From positions 1,439 through 65,438 of the forward strand of contig CAZCMJ010000001.1 of NCBI GenBank assembly GCA_964499845.1: DNA of 64,000 nucleotides, in the 5' to 3' direction. The stretch comes from an uncultured Methanomassiliicoccales archaeon (GTDB lineage Archaea; Thermoplasmatota; Thermoplasmata; Methanomassiliicoccales; Methanomethylophilaceae). Below are positions 53,985 through 63,013 of the stretch, in pieces (positions within the stretch are counted from its first letter, which is position 1; the number at the start of each line of letters is the position of its first letter). A model generated the notes under the pieces. That model worked only from the letters and a program-made list of their open reading frames with translations, was not told the origin of the DNA and ran no database searches. The position numbers and the translations under genes are program-made.

Positions 53985-54446
53985 ATGGCAAAGAAGATTA
54001 TTGCAGGATCGGCAAAAGCCTCGAGGAGGAAGTCCAGGAAGAAGGCGTCGGCAATCCAGGCAAGGAGGAAGAAGGAGTTCCTCTACCGTGGATTCACGCT
54101 TGAGGAGCTTCAGGCAATGCCCTTCGAAGAGGTACTCGGACTCCTGCCCTCCAGGGCAAGAAGGACCTACCTCCGCGGTCTGAACTACGAGCAGCAGCTC
54201 CTGTTCGACAAACTGAAGGATGCCACCGAGCCCGTTAGGACCCACCGCAGAGACCTGCCCATCATCCCCGCATTCGTGGGAAAGACCGTCAGCATCTACA
54301 ACGGTCGCGAGTTCAAAGACGTAGAGATCAAGCCCGAGATGATCGGTTGCTTCCTCGGAGAGTTCGCTCTCACCAGGAAGGCGCCCCAGCACTCCGGACC
54401 CGGAGTCGGTGCAACCAGGTCCTCGAAGTTCATGCCGCTCAAGTGA
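53985..54446 (+). CDS. rps19: 30S ribosomal protein S19 (uS19)
   Basis: ...VRTHRRDLPIIPAFVGKTVSIYNGREF...GEFA-x-TRK. ATG 53985 lies within the track ORF. Confidence 0.9.
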   Translation: MAKKIIAGSAKASRRKSRKKASAIQARRKKEFLYRGFTLEELQAMPFEEVLGLLPSRARRTYLRGLNYEQQLLFDKLKDATEPVRTHRRDLPIIPAFVGKTVSIYNGREFKDVEIKPEMIGCFLGEFALTRKAPQHSGPGVGATRSSKFMPLK

Positions 54447-54456
54447 GGTGTAAGAC

Positions 54457-54906
54457 ATGGTTTCAGGATATACAGCAGTTGCCGACCCCGACACCACCGC
54501 GAAGGCACTTGGAAAGGAGATGCCCGTCTCCCCCAAGTTCGCCCGCGAGGTAGCCGGAATGATCCGCGGAATGAAAGTCGAGACCGCACAGAAGGCACTC
54601 GAGGACGTCATCGACAAGAAGAGGGCAGTCCCCCTCAAGAGATACAACAAGCGTGTCTCCCACAAGGCCGGTGTCGGTCCCGGAAGATACCCCGTCAAGG
54701 CCGCAAAGGCCATCCTGGGTGTCCTCAACAGCGCCGCATCCAACGCCGAGTACAAGGGACTCGATGTCTCCAACATGGCAATCGCCACGATCTCCGTCTC
54801 CAGGGGACGCGTCATCCCCGGGCACATGCCCAGGGCACACGGACGTGCCACCCAGTGGAACCAGGAGACCGTCAACGTCGAGGTCATCATAGAGGAGGTT
54901 GAGTGA
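54457..54906 (+). CDS. rpl22: 50S ribosomal protein L22 (uL22)
   Basis: 149 aa; SPKFAREVAGMIRGMKVETA. SD GAGGTG lies 6 nt upstream. Confidence 0.95.
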   Translation: MVSGYTAVADPDTTAKALGKEMPVSPKFAREVAGMIRGMKVETAQKALEDVIDKKRAVPLKRYNKRVSHKAGVGPGRYPVKAAKAILGVLNSAASNAEYKGLDVSNMAIATISVSRGRVIPGHMPRAHGRATQWNQETVNVEVIIEEVE

Positions 54907-54907
54907 A

Positions 54908-55597
54908 ATGGCATCAGAGAGAAAATTCGTCGCTGAGAACGTCCGCAGGGTCCTCCTCAAAGAGTACCTGATGAAGGAGGTCAGCCGTGCGGGATTCGGA
55001 GGACTCGACGTCCAGAGGACCCCCATGGGAACCCGCGTCGTCCTCACCACAGAGAGGCCCGGACTCGTCATCGGAAGGCGTGGTCAGACCATCAAGAACC
55101 TGACAGCCGTCATCGAGGACCGCTTCGGATTCGAGAACCCCCAGATCGAGGTTCAGGAGGTCCAGAACGCAAGCCTCAACGCACAGATCATGGCCGAGAA
55201 GCTGGCCTTCTCCCTCGAGAGGGGCTGGCACTTCCGCAGAGCAGGACACTCCACGGTCCGCAGGATCATGGATGCCGGAGCCCGCGGATGCCACATCATC
55301 GTCGCCGGTAAGCTCACCGGACAGAGGCACAGGACCGAGAAGTTCAAAGAGGGTAACATCAAGTTCTGCGGTGAGACCAAGGACAACTTCATGGACCACG
55401 GATACGCGGTCGCGAAGCTGAAGATGGGAGTCATCGGAGTCACAGTCGAGATCATGTCCAAGGACGCCAAGATGCCCGCTGACATCAGCGTCCTGAACAA
55501 GACCGAGGCCGCGGCAGTCATGCCCGACCTCTTCGCCGCCCCCGCCGAGGCCGCACCCGCAGCCGACGCAGAGGCACCCGCCGAGGAGGGACAGTGA
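54908..55597 (+). CDS. rps3: 30S ribosomal protein S3 (uS3)
   Basis: A KH-domain N-terminus (ERKFVAENVRRVLLKEYL) and an Ala/Pro-rich C-tail. Confidence 0.95.
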   Translation: MASERKFVAENVRRVLLKEYLMKEVSRAGFGGLDVQRTPMGTRVVLTTERPGLVIGRRGQTIKNLTAVIEDRFGFENPQIEVQEVQNASLNAQIMAEKLAFSLERGWHFRRAGHSTVRRIMDAGARGCHIIVAGKLTGQRHRTEKFKEGNIKFCGETKDNFMDHGYAVAKLKMGVIGVTVEIMSKDAKMPADISVLNKTEAAAVMPDLFAAPAEAAPAADAEAPAEEGQ

Positions 55598-55800
55598 TGG
55601 CCGCACTGAAGACCGCAGACATCAGGAACATGAGCGTCGAGGAGCGCAACCAGAAACTGAAAGAGCTCCGCGACGAGCTGATGCACGAGAGGGGAGTCTC
55701 CGCCATGGGCGGTGCCCCTTCCAGCCCCGGTGCCATCCGTGCACTCAGGCTGAACATCGCACGCATCCTGACCGTCCAGAAGGAGGAGGAAGAGATCTGA
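55597..55800 (+). CDS. rpl29: 50S ribosomal protein L29 (uL29)
   Basis: MAALKTADIRNMSVEERNQKLKELRDEL. It overlaps the S3 stop. Confidence 0.9.
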   Translation: MAALKTADIRNMSVEERNQKLKELRDELMHERGVSAMGGAPSSPGAIRALRLNIARILTVQKEEEEI

Positions 55801-56099
55801 TGGCTGAGATCTGCCCTGTATGTGGATTGCCTAAGGAGCTCTGCATGTGCGAGGAGATCGCACGCGAGCAGCAGACCGTGAGGATCTCTATCGACAGCCG
55901 CAGGTACGGGAAGACCGTCACAGTGATCGACGGTATCGATGAGAATGACATCGATATCGGGGATCTCGCAAAGCAGCTGAAGAACAAATGCGCCGCCGGC
56001 GGAACATGCAAGGACGGACGCATCGAACTCCAGGGAGACCATAAGAAAAGAGTGAAGGTCGTCCTGGAGGAAATGGGATTCCGCACAGAGGTAAGATGA
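55800..56099 (+). CDS. sui1: translation initiation factor aSUI1 (eIF1 homologue)
   Basis: 99 aa. A Zn-knuckle CPVCGLPKELCMC followed by the SUI1 fold (RRYGKTVTVIDGI). Confidence 0.9.
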   Translation: MAEICPVCGLPKELCMCEEIAREQQTVRISIDSRRYGKTVTVIDGIDENDIDIGDLAKQLKNKCAAGGTCKDGRIELQGDHKKRVKVVLEEMGFRTEVR

Positions 56100-56350
56100 A
56101 AGACACTCTCTTCATCAGAACTGAACTCATTGGCTTGGACGTGGAAGTGCTGTCTGCACCATACTCGGAGGTATCCGGTAGGGTGGTCGACGAGACGAAG
56201 AACACGTTTACCATCGAATCGGCCGGAACTGAGAGAATGGTACCCAAACCAGGCAATGTGTTCAGGTTCGCATATGAAGGCAGAACCATAGACATCATCG
56301 GATCAGAGATACTGCACCGACCAGAGGACAGAATCAAGAAGGTTAGGTGA
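56096..56350 (+). CDS. rnp1: RNase P protein component 1 (Rpp29/Pop4)
   Basis: 84 aa. LIGLDVEVLSAPYSEVSGRVVDETKNTFTIES; position between SUI1 and S17. Confidence 0.85.
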   Translation: MKDTLFIRTELIGLDVEVLSAPYSEVSGRVVDETKNTFTIESAGTERMVPKPGNVFRFAYEGRTIDIIGSEILHRPEDRIKKVR

Positions 56351-56355
56351 ATATA

Positions 56356-56688
56356 ATGACAGCAGAAATCAAAGACATCGGAATCGACGTCGTCCCTCCC
56401 ACCCTGGAGTGCAATGACCCCAACTGCCCGTTCCACGGCAGCCTCCCGGTCAGGGGACAGACGATCGACGGAGTGGTTGCAACCGTCAAGATGAACAAGA
56501 CAGTCGTCGTCGAGCGCAACTACCTCAAGTATCAGCACAAGTACGAGAGATACGAGAAAAGGAGCAGCAGGTATTCCGCACACGCACCCTCATGCCTCGG
56601 CCTCAAGGTCGGCGACAGGGTCAGGATCGCAGAGTGCCGCCCCCTCTCCAAGACCGTGTCCTTCGTAGTCATCGAGAAGAAGGAGTGA
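56356..56688 (+). CDS. rps17: 30S ribosomal protein S17 (uS17)
   Basis: CNDPNCPFHGSLPVRGQ...VRIAECRPLSKT. ATG 56356; a GTG at 56347 is also possible. Confidence 0.9.
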   Translation: MTAEIKDIGIDVVPPTLECNDPNCPFHGSLPVRGQTIDGVVATVKMNKTVVVERNYLKYQHKYERYEKRSSRYSAHAPSCLGLKVGDRVRIAECRPLSKTVSFVVIEKKE

Positions 56689-56693
56689 TTCAG

Positions 56694-57092
56694 ATGAAGG
56701 GAATTGCGGGAAACCAGACAAGAGGACTTCAGAACGGATCCCAGCTCGATGTCATCGACAACACCGGAGCGAAGGTCATCGAGATCATCACCGTCCCCGG
56801 CTACCACGGAGTTGCCAGGAGGGTCCCCTCCGCAGGAGTGGGAGACCTCGTCATCGCCTCCGTCAAGAAGGGAACACCCCAGATGAGGAGACAGATCGTC
56901 TTCGCCGTCATCGTCCGCCAGAGGCGCCCCATGAGGAGGCCCGACGGAACCATGGTCTACTTCGAGGACAACGCGGCGGTCATCACCACCGAGACCGGAG
57001 AGACCAAGGGAACAGACATCAAAGGCCCCGTCGCAAGGGAGGCAGCCGAGAGGTGGCCCCGTGTGTCCGCGACAGCCAACACCATCGTGTGA
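56694..57092 (+). CDS. rpl14: 50S ribosomal protein L14 (uL14)
   Basis: MKGIAGNQTRGLQNGSQLDVIDNTGAK... read from the tail of track ORF 56592-57092. Confidence 0.95.
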   Translation: MKGIAGNQTRGLQNGSQLDVIDNTGAKVIEIITVPGYHGVARRVPSAGVGDLVIASVKKGTPQMRRQIVFAVIVRQRRPMRRPDGTMVYFEDNAAVITTETGETKGTDIKGPVAREAAERWPRVSATANTIV

Positions 57093-57095
57093 GGT

Positions 57096-57476
57096 ATGAA
57101 AATGGCAAGCAGCAAAGCAAGGGTCCAGAGGAAGAACCAGGCCAACGCATCCGCACACGTCAAGAGGAAGATGCTCTCCGCACACCTGAGCAACGAGCTC
57201 CGTGAGAAATACGGGGTCCGCAGCGCAAGGGTCTGCAAGGGAGACACCGTCATCGTCGTCCGCGGAAACCAGGACATCAAGAACATCGAGGGAAAGGTCC
57301 TCGAGGTCTACACCAAGACCGGTCGCGTCTCCATCGAGGGAGTCACGATCAACCAGGCGGACGGAACCGCCACCGAGCGCCCCGTCCACGCATCCAACCT
57401 CGTGATCACCAAGCTGAACACCGAGGACCCCTGGAGGGTGGATGCCCTGTCCAAGAAAAAGGAGGCTAAAGAATGA
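57096..57476 (+). CDS. rpl24: 50S ribosomal protein L24 (uL24)
   Basis: 126 aa with KOW motif VCKGDTVIVVRG. Confidence 0.95.
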   Translation: MKMASSKARVQRKNQANASAHVKRKMLSAHLSNELREKYGVRSARVCKGDTVIVVRGNQDIKNIEGKVLEVYTKTGRVSIEGVTINQADGTATERPVHASNLVITKLNTEDPWRVDALSKKKEAKE

Positions 57477-58180
57477 GCGACCACATGAAGAGACTGGCAG
57501 CACCTAGGTCCTGGCCCCTCAAGAGGAAGGTAAGCATCTGGGTCACCAAGCAGTCTGCCGGAGCACACTCCATCGAGGACTCAATGTCCGCCGTCACCGT
57601 CCTCAGGGACATGGTCGGAGCATGTGACACCGCCAGAGAGGCTAAGAGAATCATCGGAAACCGTGAGATGTTCGTCGACGGCAAGGCCGTCAAGAACCCC
57701 AAGGCCCCCGTCGGATTCATGGATGTCATCAGCATCCCCAAGATGAACCTGAACTACAGGATGCTCATCACCGACAAGGGAAAGCTCACACTCGTCCCCA
57801 TCGCAGCTGATGAGGCAGCCTGGGAACTCTGCAAGATCATGGACAAGACCATCGTGAAGGGCGGAAAGTTCCAGCTGAACCTCAGCGGCGGCAGGAACAT
57901 CCTGCTCGACAAGAACGACTACAAGTGCGGAGACTCCCTGAAGGTCGCCTTCGAGGGACAGGCCATCATGGACCACTACGCACTCGTAGCCGGCAACACC
58001 GTCCTGATCAAGGAGGGAGCACACAGCGGAAGCATCAAGACCGTCAAAGAGGTCGAGGTCGTCCGCGGATCCGCACCCAACCTTGTGATCTTCACCGACG
58101 GAACCCAGACCATCGTGGACAACTGCTTCGTCATCGGAGCGGAGAAGTCCGCGATCACCCTCCCGGAGGCTTCCGAATGA
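57473..58180 (+). CDS. rps4e: 30S ribosomal protein S4e (eS4)
   Basis: 235 aa. HMKRLAAPRSWPLKRK; ATGA overlap with L24. Confidence 0.95.
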   Translation: MSDHMKRLAAPRSWPLKRKVSIWVTKQSAGAHSIEDSMSAVTVLRDMVGACDTAREAKRIIGNREMFVDGKAVKNPKAPVGFMDVISIPKMNLNYRMLITDKGKLTLVPIAADEAAWELCKIMDKTIVKGGKFQLNLSGGRNILLDKNDYKCGDSLKVAFEGQAIMDHYALVAGNTVLIKEGAHSGSIKTVKEVEVVRGSAPNLVIFTDGTQTIVDNCFVIGAEKSAITLPEASE

Positions 58181-58686
58181 GCGGAATGAGAGACCTCCAC
58201 GTGGAGAAGGTCGTCGTCAACATCGGTGTCGGAGAGGCCGGTGAGAGGCTCGTCAAGGCCGAGAAGGTCCTCGAGATGGTCACCGGACAGAAGCCCGTCG
58301 AGACGATCTCCAAGACCGTCAACAGGGACCTCGGAATACGTCAGGGCATGCCCCTCGGATGCAAGGTCACCCTCAGGGGAGACGTTGCCGAGGATTTCGT
58401 CAGGAAGGCACTTGTCATCAGGGAGATGCGCGTCCCCGTGTACTCCTTCGATCCCGAGGGAAACATGTCCTTCGGAATCTCCGATTACACCGACTTCGAG
58501 GGTATGAAATACGACCCCGAAATCGGAATCTTCGGAATGGACATCAGTGTCGTCCTCAGGAGGCCCGGAAACAGGGTCACCCAGAGGGCACTCCTAAGAA
58601 GGAGGGTCCCCAAGTCCCACCGCGTCTGCCGCGATGAGGCAATCCAGTACATGAAAGACAAATTTGAGGTTGAGGTGGTCGAATGA
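58177..58686 (+). CDS. rpl5: 50S ribosomal protein L5 (uL5)
   Basis: [22 protein letters not shown]... read from the tail of track ORF 57925-58686. ATGA overlap with S4e. Confidence 0.95.
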   Translation: MSGMRDLHVEKVVVNIGVGEAGERLVKAEKVLEMVTGQKPVETISKTVNRDLGIRQGMPLGCKVTLRGDVAEDFVRKALVIREMRVPVYSFDPEGNMSFGISDYTDFEGMKYDPEIGIFGMDISVVLRRPGNRVTQRALLRRRVPKSHRVCRDEAIQYMKDKFEVEVVE

Positions 58687-58829
58687 AGCCCAAGAAGCAG
58701 TTCGGAAGATCTGTCGGCTGCACCCGTTGCGGACGCAGGAGAGGAATCATCAGGAGGTACGGGATGCACCTGTGCCGCCAGTGCTTCAGGGATATGGCTC
58801 CCGAGCTCGGATTCAAGAAGTATTCGTGA
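58683..58829 (+). CDS. rps14: 30S ribosomal protein S14 (uS14, Zn-type)
   Basis: Own translation: [48 protein letters not shown]. Too short for the ORF track; ATGA overlap with L5. Confidence 0.9.
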   Translation: MKPKKQFGRSVGCTRCGRRRGIIRRYGMHLCRQCFRDMAPELGFKKYS

Positions 58830-58839
58830 GGTGTCATAA

Positions 58840-59229
58840 ATGCAGAGCGATCCACTCAATGACGCAATGTGCGTTATCAAGAATGCAGCCCTCAACGGAA
58901 AGAGCGAGTGCATCATCCAGCCCTCCTCCAAACTCATCGGCCGCGTGCTGAAGGTTATGCAGGACAAAGGATATATTAGCCAGTTCGAGTACGTCGAGGA
59001 CGGAAAGGCCGGAAAATTCCGCGTCATGCTCGACGGAGCGATCAATGACTGCGGAGTAATCAAACCCAGGTATTCCGTCAAGGTGACGGATGTCGAGAAG
59101 TTCGAGGCGAGGTTCCTCCCCGCACAGGACTTCGGACTCCTCATCATGACGACCACCGCCGGAGTCATCACGCAGGACCGTGCCAAAGAGCTCGGTATCG
59201 GCGGAAAACTGCTGGCATATGTTTACTGA
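58840..59229 (+). CDS. rps8: 30S ribosomal protein S8 (uS8)
   Basis: 129 aa; MQSDPLNDAMCVIKNAALNGK. SD GAGGTG lies 6 nt upstream. Confidence 0.95.
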   Translation: MQSDPLNDAMCVIKNAALNGKSECIIQPSSKLIGRVLKVMQDKGYISQFEYVEDGKAGKFRVMLDGAINDCGVIKPRYSVKVTDVEKFEARFLPAQDFGLLIMTTTAGVITQDRAKELGIGGKLLAYVY

Positions 59230-59238
59230 GGAATATAG

Positions 59239-59790
59239 ATGACAATAGCAGGGAAAATCGAAAGCACCATCGCTATACCCGGTGCAGTGTCCGTGTCCTA
59301 CGATGCAGGCACTTTGAAGGTCACAGGACCTAAGGGAGAATTGAGCAGAAACTTCGCGCACCCTAACATAGTTATTGCCGTCGGTGAAGGAGAAGTCAGC
59401 GTAAGCTGCGAGTACCCGAGGATCAAGGACAAGGCTATGGTCGGAACCTACGTCGCCCACATCAACAACATGGTGAAGGGAGTCACAGAGGGTTTCACCT
59501 ACCACCTGAAGATCGTGTTCTCCCACTTCCCGATGAAAGTTACCGTCAAGGGTGACCGCGTTGAGATCAACAACTACATGGGAGGACATGCACCCCGTTA
59601 TGCTAACATCATGAAGGGATGCACAGTCAAAGTCAACGGAGCCGATGTCACAGTGGACGGTATCGACATCGAGGCCTGCGGACAGACTGCAGCCAACCTC
59701 GAGAGGGCGACCTCCAGGCTCGGATTCGACAAGAGGACCTTCCAGGACGGAATCTACATCGTCCAGAAATCGCACAAGGTGAAAGAATGA
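59239..59790 (+). CDS. rpl6: 50S ribosomal protein L6 (uL6)
   Basis: 183 aa with two L6 repeats; position after S8. Confidence 0.95.
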   Translation: MTIAGKIESTIAIPGAVSVSYDAGTLKVTGPKGELSRNFAHPNIVIAVGEGEVSVSCEYPRIKDKAMVGTYVAHINNMVKGVTEGFTYHLKIVFSHFPMKVTVKGDRVEINNYMGGHAPRYANIMKGCTVKVNGADVTVDGIDIEACGQTAANLERATSRLGFDKRTFQDGIYIVQKSHKVKE

Positions 59791-60449
59791 CCGTGAAAGC
59801 ACTCACAGACCTCCAGGGTCTGAAAGACAAGAATGTCGAGGAGCTCGCCGGTATCGGTATCACATCCGTTCCCGAGCTCGCCGAGGCGATCAACGACGAT
59901 GCGAAGGTCAAAGAGGTCATCAAGGTACTCTCTGGAGTCGGACCCAAGACAGTCGCCGCATGGAAGACCGCCCTTGCAGAGGAAGACGTCGCAGACGCCG
60001 CCCCCGCAGACGCAGTCGTTGTCGAGGCATCCGAGCAGGAGTACGTCGTCAAGGCGAAGCCCGAGCTCGATGACGAGACCGCAGACGCACTCGCCAAGAG
60101 GGCCATGATCTCCGGAAGGAGACCCGCCTTCAAGAGACAGGAGTGGTTCAGATACTCCAAGCTCGGCGAGAAGTGGAGAAAGCCCAAGGGTATCCACTCC
60201 AAGATGAAGAGACAGCTCAAGAGGCGCCCCCCGATGGTGGACGTGGGATTCCGCGGACCCGTCGCAGCAAGGGACCTGCACCCCTCCGGATTCGAAGAGG
60301 TGCTCGTCTACAACGTGGACGGACTCGAGGGCATCGACCCCAAGAAGCAGGCGGTCCGTATCGGCGGAACCGTCGGAACGAAGAAGAGGATGGCAATCGA
60401 GGACAGGGCCGACGAGCTCGGTATCAGGGTCCTCAACAGGATGGTGTGA
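59787..60449 (+). CDS. rpl32e: 50S ribosomal protein L32e (eL32) with ~110-aa N-terminal helix-hairpin-helix-like extension
   Basis: Core RRPAFKRQEWFRYSKLGEKWRKPKGIHSKMKRQ. The N-terminal extension contains GIGITSVPEL and GVGPKTVAAW. ATGA overlap with L6. Confidence 0.9.
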   Translation: MTVKALTDLQGLKDKNVEELAGIGITSVPELAEAINDDAKVKEVIKVLSGVGPKTVAAWKTALAEEDVADAAPADAVVVEASEQEYVVKAKPELDDETADALAKRAMISGRRPAFKRQEWFRYSKLGEKWRKPKGIHSKMKRQLKRRPPMVDVGFRGPVAARDLHPSGFEEVLVYNVDGLEGIDPKKQAVRIGGTVGTKKRMAIEDRADELGIRVLNRMV

Positions 60450-60451
60450 CC

Positions 60452-60910
60452 ATGGCAGACCTGAGAAACCAGAGAAGGATGGCCGCAGAGGTCCTGAAAT
60501 GCGGCGAGAACAGGGTTTGGATGAACCCCGACAGACTCGACGAGGTCGAGGAGTGCATCACCCGCGCTGACATCCGTACAGCAGTTGCGTCCGGCCTCAT
60601 CAAGGCAAAGGCGAAGAACGGAACCTCCAAGGGAAGGATCAGATACGTCGCCGGCCAGAAGGCCAACGGAAAGAGGAAGGGACCCGGATCCAGGAAGGGT
60701 ACCGCCAACGCCCGTGTCCGCGACAAGGAGCGCTGGATGGCCACCATCAGGCCCATCCGTGCAGAGCTCAAGGCCCTGAGGGCTGATGGAAAGATCACAC
60801 CCTCCGTGTACAGGCTCTACTACAGGAAGGCCAAGGGAGGACTCTTCAAGTCCCGCAGGCACCTTAGGCAGCATATGATCGCTGCCGGACACCTCAAGGA
60901 GGAGATCTGA
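60452..60910 (+). CDS. rpl19e: 50S ribosomal protein L19e (eL19)
   Basis: MADLRNQRRMAAEVLKCGENRVWMNP... read from the tail of track ORF 60143-60910. Confidence 0.95.
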   Translation: MADLRNQRRMAAEVLKCGENRVWMNPDRLDEVEECITRADIRTAVASGLIKAKAKNGTSKGRIRYVAGQKANGKRKGPGSRKGTANARVRDKERWMATIRPIRAELKALRADGKITPSVYRLYYRKAKGGLFKSRRHLRQHMIAAGHLKEEI

Positions 60911-61410
60911 TGGCAACAGGACCTAGATACAAAGTCGCGTTCCGCAGAAGAAGAGAGAACCGCACAGACTACTACGCCCGCCGCAAGCTCCTCGCAGCGA
61001 GGGAGGCCAGGGCTATCGTCAGGAGATCCAACAAGAACGTCACCATCCAGTTCGCAGAGTTCGGAATGGAGGGAGACAAGGTCCTCGCAGCAGCGAGCAC
61101 CAGGGAGCTGAAGGCCCTCGGATGGGAGTATTCCTGCTCCTCCGTCCCTGCAGCATACCTCGTCGGATACCTTGCCGGAAAGAAAGCAATCAAAGCAGGA
61201 ATCGAGTACGCAGTCCTGGACATCGGAATGCAGACCGTGAAGTACGGCGGAGTCCTCTTCGCCACCGTCGCGGGAATGACCGATGCGGGACTCGAGGTCC
61301 CCCACGGAGAGGATGTCCTCCCCGATGAGGACAGGATCCTCGGAAAGCACATCGACGAAGGCATCGAGGCTGCAGTGAACAGCCTCAAAGAGAAGATGGA
61401 GGCTGAGTAA
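60910..61410 (+). CDS. rpl18: 50S ribosomal protein L18 (uL18)
   Basis: 166 aa. GPRYKVAFRRRRENRTDYYARRKL. Confidence 0.95.
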   Translation: MATGPRYKVAFRRRRENRTDYYARRKLLAAREARAIVRRSNKNVTIQFAEFGMEGDKVLAAASTRELKALGWEYSCSSVPAAYLVGYLAGKKAIKAGIEYAVLDIGMQTVKYGGVLFATVAGMTDAGLEVPHGEDVLPDEDRILGKHIDEGIEAAVNSLKEKMEAE

Positions 61411-61411
61411 A

Positions 61412-62092
61412 ATGGCTGACTGGGTCCCCAAGACAAGACTCGGACAGATGGTCCTCAACGGTGAGATCACCACCATGAGCGACGCACTGGCAACCAAACT
61501 GCCCCTCCGTGAGCCCGAGATCGTGGACATCCTCCTCCCCGACCTTAAAGACGAGGTCATCGACCTCAACATGGTCCAGAGGATGACCGATTCCGGTAGG
61601 AGGGTCAGGTTCGCCGTCACTTGCATCGTCGGAAACGGCGATGGATTCATCGGAATCGGAAGAGCAAAAGGAAAGGAAGTCGGACCTTCCATCAAGAAGG
61701 CCATCGACAACGCGAAACTCAACATGATCGAGATCAAGAGAGGATGCGGATCCTGGCAGTGCGGATGCGGCCAGCCCCACAGCCTCCCCTTCGAGGTCAC
61801 CGGATCCACCGGATCCGTCACCGTCAGCCTGAAACCCGCACCCCGCGGAGTGTCCCTGGCTGTCGGAGATGTCGCCAAGAGTCTTCTGACCCTTGCCGGT
61901 GTCCGTGACGCATGGGGTTTCGCCAGAGGAAACACCAAGACCAAGGTCAACTACGCAATGGCTACCTTCGAGGCACTCAAGATGACCTCCCGTATGAGGG
62001 TCACCGATGAGCAGGTCAAGAGCCTGAACATCGTCTCCGGACCCACGGGGATCAACTATGCCGAGACCGATGCCGAAGCCCAGGAGGAGTGA
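61412..62092 (+). CDS. rps5: 30S ribosomal protein S5 (uS5)
   Basis: 226 aa. MVQRMTDSGRRVRFAVTCIVGNGDGFIGIGRAK. Confidence 0.95.
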   Translation: MADWVPKTRLGQMVLNGEITTMSDALATKLPLREPEIVDILLPDLKDEVIDLNMVQRMTDSGRRVRFAVTCIVGNGDGFIGIGRAKGKEVGPSIKKAIDNAKLNMIEIKRGCGSWQCGCGQPHSLPFEVTGSTGSVTVSLKPAPRGVSLAVGDVAKSLLTLAGVRDAWGFARGNTKTKVNYAMATFEALKMTSRMRVTDEQVKSLNIVSGPTGINYAETDAEAQEE

Positions 62093-62094
62093 AG

Positions 62095-62559
62095 ATGGCA
62101 TACGCAGTTATCCGTGTCCGTGGACAGCCCGATGTCAACCGTGACATCGAGTACACCATGGGACTCCTGGGACTCACCAGGGTCAACCACTGTGTCGTCG
62201 TCCCCGAGAACGCTTCGACCAAGGGAATGCTCCAGGTCGTCAAGGACTACTGTACCTGGGGAGAGGTCGATGAGGCCACACTCACCGCGATGATCCGCGC
62301 CCGCGGAAAGCTCGCTGGTGACAAGGACATCACCGACGACTACCTCAAGGAGAAGTCCGAGTTCGCAACCGTCGACGAGATGGCCAAGGCCATCATTGAG
62401 AACAACTACAAGATGAAGGATGTCGAGGCTGCCAAGCCCGTCTTCCGCCTGCACCCTCCCGTGAAGGGATACGAGGGCAACAAGCGCTCGTACCAGAACG
62501 GAGGAGCACTCGGATACAGGGGAGCAGCCATCAACGACCTCATCAACAGGATGCTCTGA
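62095..62559 (+). CDS. rpl30: 50S ribosomal protein L30 (uL30)
   Basis: MAYAVIRVRGQPDVNRDIEYTMGLLGLTRVNH. Confidence 0.95.
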   Translation: MAYAVIRVRGQPDVNRDIEYTMGLLGLTRVNHCVVVPENASTKGMLQVVKDYCTWGEVDEATLTAMIRARGKLAGDKDITDDYLKEKSEFATVDEMAKAIIENNYKMKDVEAAKPVFRLHPPVKGYEGNKRSYQNGGALGYRGAAINDLINRML

Positions 62560-62569
62560 GGTGTGAAGG

Positions 62570-62992
62570 ATGCCTAGCAGAACAAAGAAATTCAGGGGAT
62601 ACAGGACCCACGGACGTGGAAAGAAATCCGGACGTGGAGCAGGTATCATCGGCGGACATGGTCAGGCTGGACTGGGAAAGACCGGAAGGATCGGTATGCT
62701 GAAGTACGACAGGGACCACTTCGGTCGCCACGGCTTCAAGAGACCCCAGTGCATGGTCGAGGCCAACCGCACCCTCAACGTCGGAGAGCTCGGCGAGCAG
62801 GTCGAGAGGTTCGTTTCGATGGGATTCGCCTCCAAAGAGGGTGACGTCTACAACGTCAACCTCACCGAGGCAGGCATCGACAAACTCCTCGGCAGCGGTA
62901 ACATCGACATCAAGGTCAATGTGACCGTCGCAGACGCCTCCGAGAAGGCCCGTTCGAAGATCGAGGCCATCGGCGGAACCGTCGTCGAGTGA
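62570..62992 (+). CDS. rpl15: 50S ribosomal protein L15 (uL15)
   Basis: 140 aa; MPSRTKKFRGYRTHGRGKKSGRGAG. SD GAGGTG lies 6 nt upstream. Confidence 0.95.
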   Translation: MPSRTKKFRGYRTHGRGKKSGRGAGIIGGHGQAGLGKTGRIGMLKYDRDHFGRHGFKRPQCMVEANRTLNVGELGEQVERFVSMGFASKEGDVYNVNLTEAGIDKLLGSGNIDIKVNVTVADASEKARSKIEAIGGTVVE

Positions 62993-63013
62993 ACGTATCG
63001 AGAGGTAGATTGG

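Noticed and set aside
51180-61950. Series of long minus-strand ORFs (for example 51180-52229, 52178-52990, 52948-53991, 53934-54914, 56532-57503, 58834-59802 and 60820-61950) inside the ribosomal-protein cluster
   Set aside because: All are antisense to highly conserved r-protein genes, are low-complexity (Gly/Asp/Leu/Ser/Val), and mirror the codon phase of the sense genes.
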